From Conidiobolus incongruus B7586 (taxonomy: Eukaryota): 41,387 bases of DNA. How positions within the stretch are numbered: position 1 is the first letter of the stretch; each line of letters begins with the position of its first letter. The translations under genes were made by a program, and so were the position numbers. Shown one piece after another: positions 22,754 to 33,397 of this stretch. The stretch is taken from contig JNEM01009213.1 of assembly GCA_000697335.1 (NCBI GenBank), positions 1-41,387 on the forward strand. The letters are read 5' to 3'. The notes beneath the pieces are model-generated. The model was given only the letters and a program-made list of their open reading frames with translations. It had not been told where the DNA came from and made no database searches.

Positions 22754-23809
22754 TTAAACTTTGTCTAGGAACTCTTTGTTGAAATTATCACCAACACTCG
22801 AATCTAATGAATTTCCACCGTGAATAATGTAAGAATAGGAATTGTTAATGGATGTGCTACCATCGCTCGAATCGTCAGCTGAAAGTGCCAAGTTGGCAAG
22901 CCTTAATGATACTTTAACTTTTCTATCGAGAGCTACTTGCCTTGGATTGAGAGCAATATATGTCTTGTAGTGGTATTGCATCATTACACTTACACATTTT
23001 GTTTGGATGGCCCATTTGATTTGGATAAATACTTCAGGATTCACAAACCCTACTCCATTGAAGTAAACCAAACCATATAATATAATTACAAAGATATGAC
23101 ATATAATAAGATACCAAATACCACCATCTAATCCAATTTCGTTCATAAATCTCTCAGGTTTAGACCGCCAGCAAGGTAAAGGAGCTTTTGACACAAATTT
23201 AGTAGCTTTGACCCTGCGACGAATAAGAGCAAGAGTCATTGGAAAAGCGACCAAATGAGTGAATATATCCACCCACAATACGGTTGCAAACACTTCTGGA
23301 GGGAATGCTACAAGGCAAAAAGTAGCTACTCCAACCATGGACTGCATATAAAAGACTAAAATAACAGCAATTGCAGTTTTGCCAACTGTAATAAACAATC
23401 CATAGAACAGAATATTAAACCACTTAGTCAGTTTTTGATGCCTCGTAGTCTCTTCCCTAATAATACAATGAAACTTATAAGCAACTTGAGCATCCATTAA
23501 AATAATACCAATAAAATAGGCTACATAATTGAAATAACCCTTAAAGTAGCAATCTGTGACCCAAAAATAATCCGATACACGACACAGGTGACAGCCTACA
23601 GCACAAGCTGTCTGTAACAGATGCAATTTATGTACCCAGTGCCTTGGTTCCTTGAAGTACATCTTCAATGCGTTAATCCAGCAGTTAGCATGAACAATGA
23701 AAGTCGCTGAAAACGCGATCATAGCCATATTGAGCATCAAATACCACCCCTGTTCAATTTCGAGAGGGATTAGAGTTTGAGGACCTTGACTTACTAATCT
23801 AATAGTCAT
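22754..23809 (-). CDS. Intronless 351-aa seven-transmembrane, GPCR-like protein of unknown family, copy B
   Basis: About seven hydrophobic segments, a short N-terminus without signal peptide, a Cys at the start of TM3 (TDCYF) and one in the TM4-TM5 loop (TFCLV), a basic third cytoplasmic loop (IRRRVKATK) and a Ser-rich C-tail. TATAAATA lies at ~23862-23869. Confidence 0.8.
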   Translation of the reverse strand: MTIRLVSQGPQTLIPLEIEQGWYLMLNMAMIAFSATFIVHANCWINALKMYFKEPRHWVHKLHLLQTACAVGCHLCRVSDYFWVTDCYFKGYFNYVAYFIGIILMDAQVAYKFHCIIREETTRHQKLTKWFNILFYGLFITVGKTAIAVILVFYMQSMVGVATFCLVAFPPEVFATVLWVDIFTHLVAFPMTLALIRRRVKATKFVSKAPLPCWRSKPERFMNEIGLDGGIWYLIICHIFVIILYGLVYFNGVGFVNPEVFIQIKWAIQTKCVSVMMQYHYKTYIALNPRQVALDRKVKVSLRLANLALSADDSSDGSTSINNSYSYIIHGGNSLDSSVGDNFNKEFLDKV

Positions 23810-24706
23810 ATTTTCTCAACTTTAACACCTCAAAAAAATCTTTAATAAGATACTAGTCTTGTATTTATATAAGTTTTTGAAATCGAAGATTTTATCACAA
23901 ATCACGATGTTAACAGGTACCTTCAAATTCTATTTCATAAAAATTTGCCCCTAGTTCATAATTAGTCAAATTAGTTTGTTAATGGTTTATTATTTGTTAT
24001 TTGTTATTTAGAATTGAATAATAATAATTAATAGTTTAGTATCAAATAAATATAAATTGTTTAATAAGAAACTTTGTATATCATTTGAAAAATATTTGTT
24101 ATATTACTATTTTTTATACTTAATAGAATTTATCAAATTAATATTATACCATTAATGGGTGTTAGTATTTGGATTTATCAAGTCTGAATTCAAAAGGGGG
24201 TACATATCAGACATTAATTAATAATAATTTAAATGTTATAAGCTATTATTAACCTCTTAAAATTATTTAATAAATATATTTTTGATTTTAAATCACTATT
24301 ATTACATATAAATATTAATACCCTATATTTTAAATTTATATCAACGAATTACAAAGTGCTAACAATTGTATTCATATTTGATATCTTACTATTAAATCTA
24401 AAAAAGTCTCAAATTATATAATATTCTAGTACTCTAAATTAAATATTGCAGCTCTCCTTACCGATCATTTATGGATAATAGGTGATATCATTAATTGTTT
24501 GCCTCTAAACATAGAACTTGAAAAAGTTAGTGTTAAATAAAAAATTAAAAAATTATTAGAACTTTCAATAAACTAATGAAATAAATTTATTATTTCTAAT
24601 ACATATATAATTGTAATTTTTAAAAGAATTAATATTTGATCAAAGTATTTAAATTGAATATATTGAAAATGTTCAAATAACATTTTTATCTCCCTAAAAT
24701 TAAAAG

Positions 24707-24742
24707 ATTTGTGCATTATTTATTAATAAATAATGCACAAAT
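24707..24742. repeat. Perfect 36-bp palindrome
   Basis: ATTTGTGCATTATTTATT|AATAAATAATGCACAAAT; the right half is the exact reverse complement of the left half. Confidence 0.95.
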
Positions 24743-26089
24743 AAAATTATAATCACAAATATATCTATGAACTAATTAACTTTGATCATTGTAAGCTTTT
24801 GAATCCATATAATTCTCTGCTTTTAATTACTGCAATATTATTAATTTTGGATTTATAATCTACAGAAATTAATATTGTGATTATTTAATTGATATAAATA
24901 ATTATATGATGTTATACATTACAAAATATTAATAAACATCATCAGATCATAATATTCGAGTGGCTGAGCAAATACTCTGAGACTAATTATATATAAAATA
25001 TTAGAAAAAGTACGAATAAAATATGAATGATGAAAATATTTTTTGAAATTATAAAGACCTATTTTATGATTTAAATAATATTTTTCTTTGGATATTGGGA
25101 TAATTAATTTATTTTAATTTATATGAAATAAATTAATTCTTTATTATACATTCAATGTTCTTTTAAATATATAAATACCGTTGTTGCTATTCCAAAAGAA
25201 ATAAAATCTGAAATTAATTAAATGATCTGACACTAGTAAAATTTTAAAACTATTTATTAATCACTTCATAAAAAAATTTAAAATAAATATCCTTATTAGT
25301 CTTTAAGGTATATTAAAATTATAATATTGAAATTAAATTTATTTTTAAATTTGTTCAAATATTGATATAATGCAGTTTGAAAATGTTAATCAATTTTGAT
25401 TCAAACTATTAATAAAAAAATATTAATTATATGACTATTATTCAATATTTAGTTCCAAATTTGTTTTAAAGAATTAATATTATTGAAAAATTTATAGTTC
25501 TTTAGAGCAACAAATAGGTATAATATATTTCTTGATTAATTGATAGTTGATTATAAAGATTTAAACTGTATAATATATATATATATATAATTTTTTTAAA
25601 AACTCTCTTGTAAATCAAATTATAATGATTAATAATTATACAATGATTCTAAATATGTTGATATTGAGTGATTTACTATAATATAACTTAAAGAGATAAA
25701 TAGTTCATCCAAAACTTTTTAAAAATAATAATTTTTAATTTTTGAACTTAACAGGAAGTGTCTTAATTATTTAATTTTTATATTCTAACCAAAAACCTAC
25801 ACAAACCATGATATTATTGATTATTAGATTATTAAAGCATTAACCTTAAAGTATCAATTATATCCTTTATGCTGCTCAAAAAATAATTAGCCAGATACTA
25901 TGATAATTTAATGAGTAAATACTTGCCAAGACATGAGTAATTCAGGTCATACTCAATTGATAATATATAATATATAATACTTTTATCTTCATAACAGTTT
26001 AATAAATGTATGAAAATATGAATTAAATTTTAAATTTTATCAATATATATTTGAAAGAGTTTAAATTATACATATAATGATTACATAAT

Positions 26090-27020
26090 TTTTCATTCAG
26101 GAGGAGGATGTAGAGCAGAGTAATATCCATTTCTACATTTGTAATATAAATTCTTAACACCTTCTATATACCGTTCATGAACTTGAGCTACAAATTAATC
26201 AGAGGGATTACCATTCTGTTCAAAATGCACAGGGTTTCCAACTACAAAATAAATCAATAGTTATAAAGTCAAATGTCAGTTAATTTGGTAACATTATCCA
26301 CTATCGTTATGCTATAAGTATAAGTAAAAGGACCCCAACTCTTGATTAAAAATCCTCTAACATAAAAAACTATAATTCCAACTCCAAATCTTTCAAAAAA
26401 TACTTTTTGAATTGGGTGTAAAAAGTGTTTGGCAGTTTGAGATAATGTCTATGTGTTTAATTCGCCAAATCCTATCGCAAGTACTAATTAAGCTCAATAC
26501 ATTATTTAGTTAGATGATTATAATATCATTGAATTATTATATTCTGATTGAATTGCAAGTTTAATGTACCCCAACCAATGCTTCACTAATTTTTTCTCCA
26601 GTATGCAAAGTTTCAGCTCCTCCACCTACTATCCCAAACCAATATCTATAGCTAGTGGAAACCAGAAGTTAAAGCTCACATTTAATAATGTAATTTCAAT
26701 ATCAAGATATATTTTTTGAAATTCGGAATTCACACCACCAAGGGTACTTTGAGGTCCTTCAGCAATCAATCCAAATATACATTTCTTAGTGGGATCAAGC
26801 TGAGCATCATGTACCAAATCCATGTTCAAATTATTCCTTATATATTGAAATAGTGGAAGTTTATAGGTCCAAGAAATTTCATAACCTCAAATTTAATTTA
26901 AATGTGTCCAGTAAACATGTAGGAAATTTGGTAGCATTCATATCCAATTCATGGGGAATAGTACAAGGAATAGGGTGGTGAATACACTTTCAAATAGGAA
27001 TAAATTTATTCAAAGTGAAC
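26090..27020 (-). pseudogene. DGAT2-family pseudogene, tandem with copy 2
   Basis: Collinear remnants: EISWTYKLPLFQYIRNNLNMDLVHDAQLDPTKKCIFG[YHPHG missing]LIAEG...FNFWFPLAIDIGLG*, IVGGGAETLHTGEKIS, GYIKLAIQS, AIGFGE, VRGFLIKSWGPFTY, VVGNPVHFEQNGNPSD*FVAQVHERYIEGVKNLY...YSALHPPPE. Contains stops, frameshifts and deletions. Boundaries are approximate. Confidence 0.9.
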
Positions 27021-28344
27021 TTGAAAATTTTATTAATTTCCGATTTTTATCATCAATATTCAATTTATTTATTTTTTAAAAAAATGAAATTAAAAAATAA
27101 AAGGACTGAAAAATTTTACTTCATTTGTTGTTTTATATGCCAAAATTTTAATAATTAAACTTGATTATAATAATAAAAGTTAATAAAGGGTTATCATATC
27201 AATGTACTTAACTAATCAAGTCTATTTACACTAAATACTAGCCAAATCAATCATGTGTAAATATCCTTAATATAATAAGGTCAATAATATTTGAAGCATT
27301 TAGATATTTTCTTTTGGAATATAGGCAAATTATAAAACCTTATAAAATATATTATTACAATAAAATGGGAAGATGTGGTCGAATTGATTTCATAATTATA
27401 TAATTAAGTATTCCCAATAGTGAAATTGAAGTTAAATTTAAGGAAAGTTTTACTATTAAAATATTTGGTTATGATGTAAATTTAAAAAAGAACAAATATT
27501 ATTATCTTTAAAAAAGTTAGTCACAGAAATTGTAATTTAGTTTGAAGATATATGAAAATAAATTTAAATTATGATTTAAGTAAAATATTTTGAATAAACG
27601 AATCAAAAACACCAGATTCAAAAATAACTATTTAGCATTTCAATAATGTGTAAATAAAATTATAATATACTTATTATTTTGAAAATAAGGTTACCAATAT
27701 TTTTCCAGTTCATATCTTGTATTAATAGAATTTTATCCAACATTTTACAATATATCCAATATTTCAAGGAGATTATTAGTTTGATTAAAAAATTGGGATT
27801 TTTAGATAAACTAAAATGGAATAGTATAGAGTTTATAATATATAATGCATAAAGAATATTACATAGGCTTAGCATCTACAATAATTATTTTATATAATTG
27901 AAGGAATTTTTCAATATTAGTTAGAAAATGTATTTAAAAGTTTTATTTATAATCTTAAATATTTTGTATTTTTAATTTTATCATAATATATTTGATGTGT
28001 ATATAATAAAAATATTTTATACTTGCACTCAAAACTGTAATTTTTTATAAAGTGATATAATTTCTATCATAAATTTGTTACAAAATTATTGCTACTAATT
28101 AGTAGATTAATAAATTATATTATGATAATTTATGACCCAATTTGAAAGATGGTATTATCACAAATATAGCAATATATATTTCAAAATTCCTCACCAAAAA
28201 TCAGCGTACGTTGTAAATTACTGTATTTCTATATATATACAATTAATAAGTTCAAAAGAATTACATTTATAGATACTCTTAAATTCTTTAATTAAAGATA
28301 ATATCAAAAAAAGTAATTTGTTTTCATAATTAACATTGTAAAAC

Positions 28345-29433
28345 TTATAAAAATCTCAATTCAGGAATCGGCAAAGGTCCAACATGGTATTTCTCTTTAT
28401 ACTTATCGTAAATCGCTTTCAAACCATCGCAATACTTTTTATGAACTTGGATCACTTCTTCGTTTGAAGGATTGGTATTTTTCTTCACAGAAACTGGTGC
28501 ACCAACTAAAGTATGTTAATTAGCAATTCAGTATATTTTAGATATAAATACTTACCAACTACTGTGATTTGTTTGTTATATGGGAACATTCCCCAACTAC
28601 CTTCTTTAAATCCTCTACCATAGAAAAGTGGAAGTCGGAAACCTCCTAGTTTGCATAACTTTTGAAATGTATCATAGTAGTAATTACCAGTTGGGATCCA
28701 TGCTTTGTAAGCACTGGTTTCACCGAAGCAATAAACAGGGACAAGTTCAGCCCTATTCATATAAGTACAGGTTAGAATATTGTAAAATTAAAATGATTTA
28801 TATTTACCCAGTTTCAATAGCTACTTTGATAAAGCCATATCTCTTTTCCAGTACTAAATCGGCTATGTGGTCTTGAGCATATAACGATTCCGCACCACCT
28901 CCAGGAACCAAGAGGCAACTACTTCCAGGGCCACGTGTGAGTATGTGCTTGATCGACGGTTTAGACACCGAGCAAAAGCCCATACCTAGGGCTATTTCAC
29001 GATGAATAGGAATCATGAAGTTAGCATTTAAAGTAAGAATAGTAACATCAATTCCTGGAAACATTTCAGCAAACTTTGGATTTGTAGACCTGAAAGTAGC
29101 ATGACAGCCATAACCCCATATACCGTGAGGGTGATAACCAAATAAATAATTTTTAGAAGGATCGAGTTCTTGTTCTCGAACTAATTGAACATTGAAATAC
29201 TTTCTAAGGCTCTTGTGCCAAAAACTGTCAAATAACCAAGATATGCGACGTCCTCCTCGTTCATGAATATCGTCGAAATATATGTATATCATGTATGGAA
29301 TGAGCCATATATAGTTTTTAGGGTATAACATTAGTATTATCAACAAGATACTTGTGAATAGAACGAGGACTGGAAGTCCTCCTGCAACAAACATAGTAAA
29401 TTTTTCATTGAACTGGTTTTTATATGAGTTCAT
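28345..29433 (-). CDS. Diacylglycerol O-acyltransferase 2 family (DAGAT), copy 2; exons 29433-28808, 28752-28556, 28505-28345 (327 aa)
   Basis: GYHPHGI, LVPGGGAESL, RYGFIKVAIETG-AELVPVYCFGE and VVGAPV. Exon lengths of 626/197/161 nt are identical to copy 1. TATAAATA lies at ~29494-29501. Confidence 0.95.
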
Positions 29434-32400
29434 TTTTATATTGAATCAATTAATAGAAAACAAGATTTCAGTCCCTTCAAACCCCACTCAGTTTATTTAT
29501 ACTAAATTATTGTTTCAAGTTTCAATATAATTGTTAATTTCCATAACTATCAGTCGCAAATTAGGACATAAATTCATGCTTTTCACATGAAAATAAATCA
29601 TATATATATATTGATTATACGATTTCAAAGGTTTAATAATACAAAATAAAATTTGAATAATTTTAAGAATTTTATAATAGTAAAGATCTATAAAATAATA
29701 ATTCAAAACAAAATAGGCAACAGGGAATATCAAGTTAAATTTATCTATCCATTATAATTATTTTTAATTTTGTTAATTTCCGTGTATAATTTTTGATTAA
29801 AAATTTTGTATTGAATTTTATCCACAAATAGAATAATTTAATAAGGTACTAATAAAATAAAATTATAATAAATAATATTTTACATATTATAAAAACGGTT
29901 TTATATTAATTAATAATTTGATTATATATAAGTATAACAAATCAAGTTTTAAAGTCCAACACACAGTAAATATTCAATTGAAAAATCAAATTATTTATTC
30001 CAATTTTCACAATAACAGTTTAATCAATTTCAAATTGAGATATTTTAGTGAAATATCATTACCATTGTAATATATCCGATAAATTACAATATTTATAAAA
30101 TAATATTACCTAAAAAAGAGTATTAAATTTATGTATAAAATAAATTGATAACTAAATCACTTTAATAACATCATAATTTATCATTTTCAAATCGTAGTCT
30201 ATTACTAAATCTAACTTGAATAAATTTTTTCATGTTTAATTAAATATAGCAATTCATGGAATAAATTTTATAATAAATTGGCTCAACTTTTTTTCATAAT
30301 AAAGTAAAAATAAAATAGATAGCTTTAATTATCTTGAATCAATTATAAATAGTATTATTGCTTGATATTAAATTTTTATGCAGTAATTTATTAATTAACC
30401 CATGAATATATAATAAGCTTCCATTTTGGTATATTATTATTTTTTTCACAGTATGATTTATAAACCCTGGTTCATTATATAGAATTGATATTTACTAAAA
30501 TTAAAAAATAAAACCTGTATTTGGGATACTCAAAAAACATATATGCTGTTCTATATAATTTATTTTTATAATATTTGGTTAGGTTTTTCAATTTGAAAAT
30601 ATTAAATAAAAATATACTCCTTTCATCAATGTTAATAGATTATGTAATATTGATAAAGTTTATGTTCATATATATTGAAGATTGGATAATTTTCATAATT
30701 ATTAACCGATATCAATTTCTTTGACGATATTAATTTAATGACTTTGGTATATTATTCTTTTCAAGAACTTTCATAATTATATATTTACTGCTTTAATCAA
30801 TCAATAACTTTATTAATCAAAGTTGTTTCAAAGATATTATAGTATTGTATTAAATAGTAATGAATAGTATAGCAATTAGTTATAATCATTATTTATATAA
30901 ATAGTTTTTTAAGGAATTTCAATCAAAACTTATATAACTAAAAACAGTGAAATTTGAAATTTTAATAGAATTCAACAAACAAATTCTATTAAAAATATTA
31001 TACCATTAATTATAATAAATATCAATTATTGAGAAAAATTTATAGATGGTAATTGGTTTAAAAATGCTTCAAAGTATTTAATTGAAAATTAATTAATTGA
31101 CTCAAAGCTGAAAGATCCTTATAAAAGACTTTCTTATTTGACTTAAATATATAATCAACCAATAAAATGATATTAAAATCAAGAGATTCATAATAACAAA
31201 TATATATACCTTAGTGAAAGATGTAACAAAATTTTAATATTTTAATATTTATTTAATATTAATTTTATTAAAAGATAATTAGTAATTTTTTAAAAAATTG
31301 GGAATAAATGTATTGTATATTTTATATTTTTTTCTTCTATCAATTTGATCCTCAATTATAGTTAATATAAATTATTATTATTATTATTATCGTCCTATTA
31401 CAATTAAAAAACTATTGAAGATAGTTGAATCATTGATCATAGTAATTTATTTATTAATAAATAAATGCTTGGGTTAATAGGTGATAACCATTATAGAGAA
31501 TATTATAAAAAAAACTATTTAAAATCAAATTTTATTTTTAAGTGTAAATATTTACAATATAGTACTCCATCAACTACTTTCAACAAAAGTAAAATATAAT
31601 AGTAGAACATATTATAGATTTAAAACTATTACTATTATTAATTGATGTGAGAAATATAGAAATAAAAACTTAGATCAAATAAAATAATAACCCTATACCT
31701 ACAACTAAAATTTTAATAATTTTCCTTAATAAACATGATATAAATTTGTTGCCCTAACCTCAATTTCCACGAGAGATAAATCCCTGCGATTATGATTATT
31801 TCAATAAGTTTAAAAATTTTATTCAAATAAAGGAATCTGATCTCATTTTAACTCGTCATTTAATAATAATTGGTATGTTTTTGAAAATTAACTCTAAAAA
31901 CTATTAAAATGGGTTAAGCAATTACTATTAGTATAAAATTATAATATTGAAAAAGAAGAAAGATATTAATTATTATATTAATATTATTTTTATTATATTA
32001 TTTTATATTTTATTATAATAAAAATTTAAAATTATTGAACTAAATTTTTTTAAAATACTATGTGTTATTAATACTATTATTAATATAATTAGGAATCAAT
32101 ATTTTGTATTCTATTATTAAATTAAAAATGAAAAATTTATTGTTTAAAGATCTGGTACTTGTATAAATTCACACAATATAGAAATTTTATAAAATATTAT
32201 ATATATATATATATATACCATGAAGAAAAAAATATTAACTTATTATATTAGGGAATTATATGAAAAAAATCTATACACATTAATTATATCTATCTATTGT
32301 AAATTATGGTTATATAATATAATTGATTTTTTAATATGCTCAATGACTTTATAATAATCATTATAAAATGAAAAATTAAATAATATTGTAAAAAATAAAA

Positions 32401-32629
32401 AAATTTTAGATAAATTAATAAAATATTATATTTCATATATATTTAAGTAATTTAAATATTCCAATTTTTAAACAAATTACAGTTAGTTAACTAATAAAAA
32501 AACTTTGATATTATATAATTTTATATAGTTTTATGATTTATTAAAGTTTATTATAATTGAAATCTTAAATATCTTTATTTAATATAAATTGAATAAAATT
32601 TAATAAAATAATAATTATGTTATAAATTA

Positions 32630-33397
32630 TTAAATGTTTTCTAAAATCCATTTTTTGAGCGCTGAAACTCTAGCATAAACACCAGGTAATTTAGGTCTAG
32701 CACAGCCAATACCATAGCTGGTAATACCTACTACGACTTGTTTACCATCTTTCATAATAAATAAAGGACCTCCTGAATCACCTTGGCAAGTGTCCTTTTG
32801 ACCTTCGGGATAACCAGCACAGATTTGAGTCTCAGTATTGGTCATATTGAGATGAGCGGCAAGGTAATCTTTTTGACAGGTTTCAAAGTTATAGACAGGG
32901 AGCTTAACTTCTTGTAAGATAGTGGTAGCAGGACCAGATCCAGTGGAACCCCAACCAATAGCAGTTAATAAAGTGTCATCCTTGTTACCATAGGTACCAT
33001 CGTCCAATTCGACATCGGTACGCTCACCAGCGGGAGCATCAATCTTCCAAATGGCAACATCGTAACCACTTGAAGTACCCTTGTAACTGGGGTGCTTCAA
33101 TTTTGATACAACTTTGTAAGTTTTACCTTCCTCTTCCTCGTCTGTTTTTGAAAGATCGTGGCGATGTACTTTGACAGTGCTGACTTCTACGGGATCAGCT
33201 GAACAATGGGCAGCGGTAATGACTGTGTTTCCATTCCAAAGTGTACCGCCACAATCATGCTTTCCATTACGTTGAATTGATACAAAGGCGGGGTACTTGA
33301 AAGGAGGGTTAACATTGTAACCACCAACAATTCTTGGGGGTGGTACTACTAATCCAGTGCTGGGGTCGACAATTTGGTTAGCAACAGACAAAGACAT
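32630..33397 (-). CDS. Trypsin-like serine protease (S1A), copy 1, intronless, no signal peptide
   Basis: R|IVGG activation site, TAAHC (His), YDVAIW (Asp), DTCQGDSGGP (Asp189 and Ser), GITSYGIGCA and PGVYARVS. TATAAATA at 33460-33453. Confidence 0.96.
   Translation of the reverse strand: MSLSVANQIVDPSTGLVVPPPRIVGGYNVNPPFKYPAFVSIQRNGKHDCGGTLWNGNTVITAAHCSADPVEVSTVKVHRHDLSKTDEEEEGKTYKVVSKLKHPSYKGTSSGYDVAIWKIDAPAGERTDVELDDGTYGNKDDTLLTAIGWGSTGSGPATTILQEVKLPVYNFETCQKDYLAAHLNMTNTETQICAGYPEGQKDTCQGDSGGPLFIMKDGKQVVVGITSYGIGCARPKLPGVYARVSALKKWILENI

Larger units (their letters stand above)
19174..23809. repeat. Inverted duplication: arms ~19174-20001 and ~22981-23809 identical apart from one indel, genes convergent
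   Basis: Direct comparison of the two copies by eye. Confidence 0.92.

Noticed and set aside
27660..29733. ORFs 27660-27875, 28628-28876 and 29515-29733
   Set aside because: AT-rich chance ORFs or antisense to DGAT2 copy 2.
30960..30994. 13-bp inverted repeat TTTTAATAGAATT...AATTCTATTAAAA
   Set aside because: Almost all A/T and plausible by chance at this base composition.
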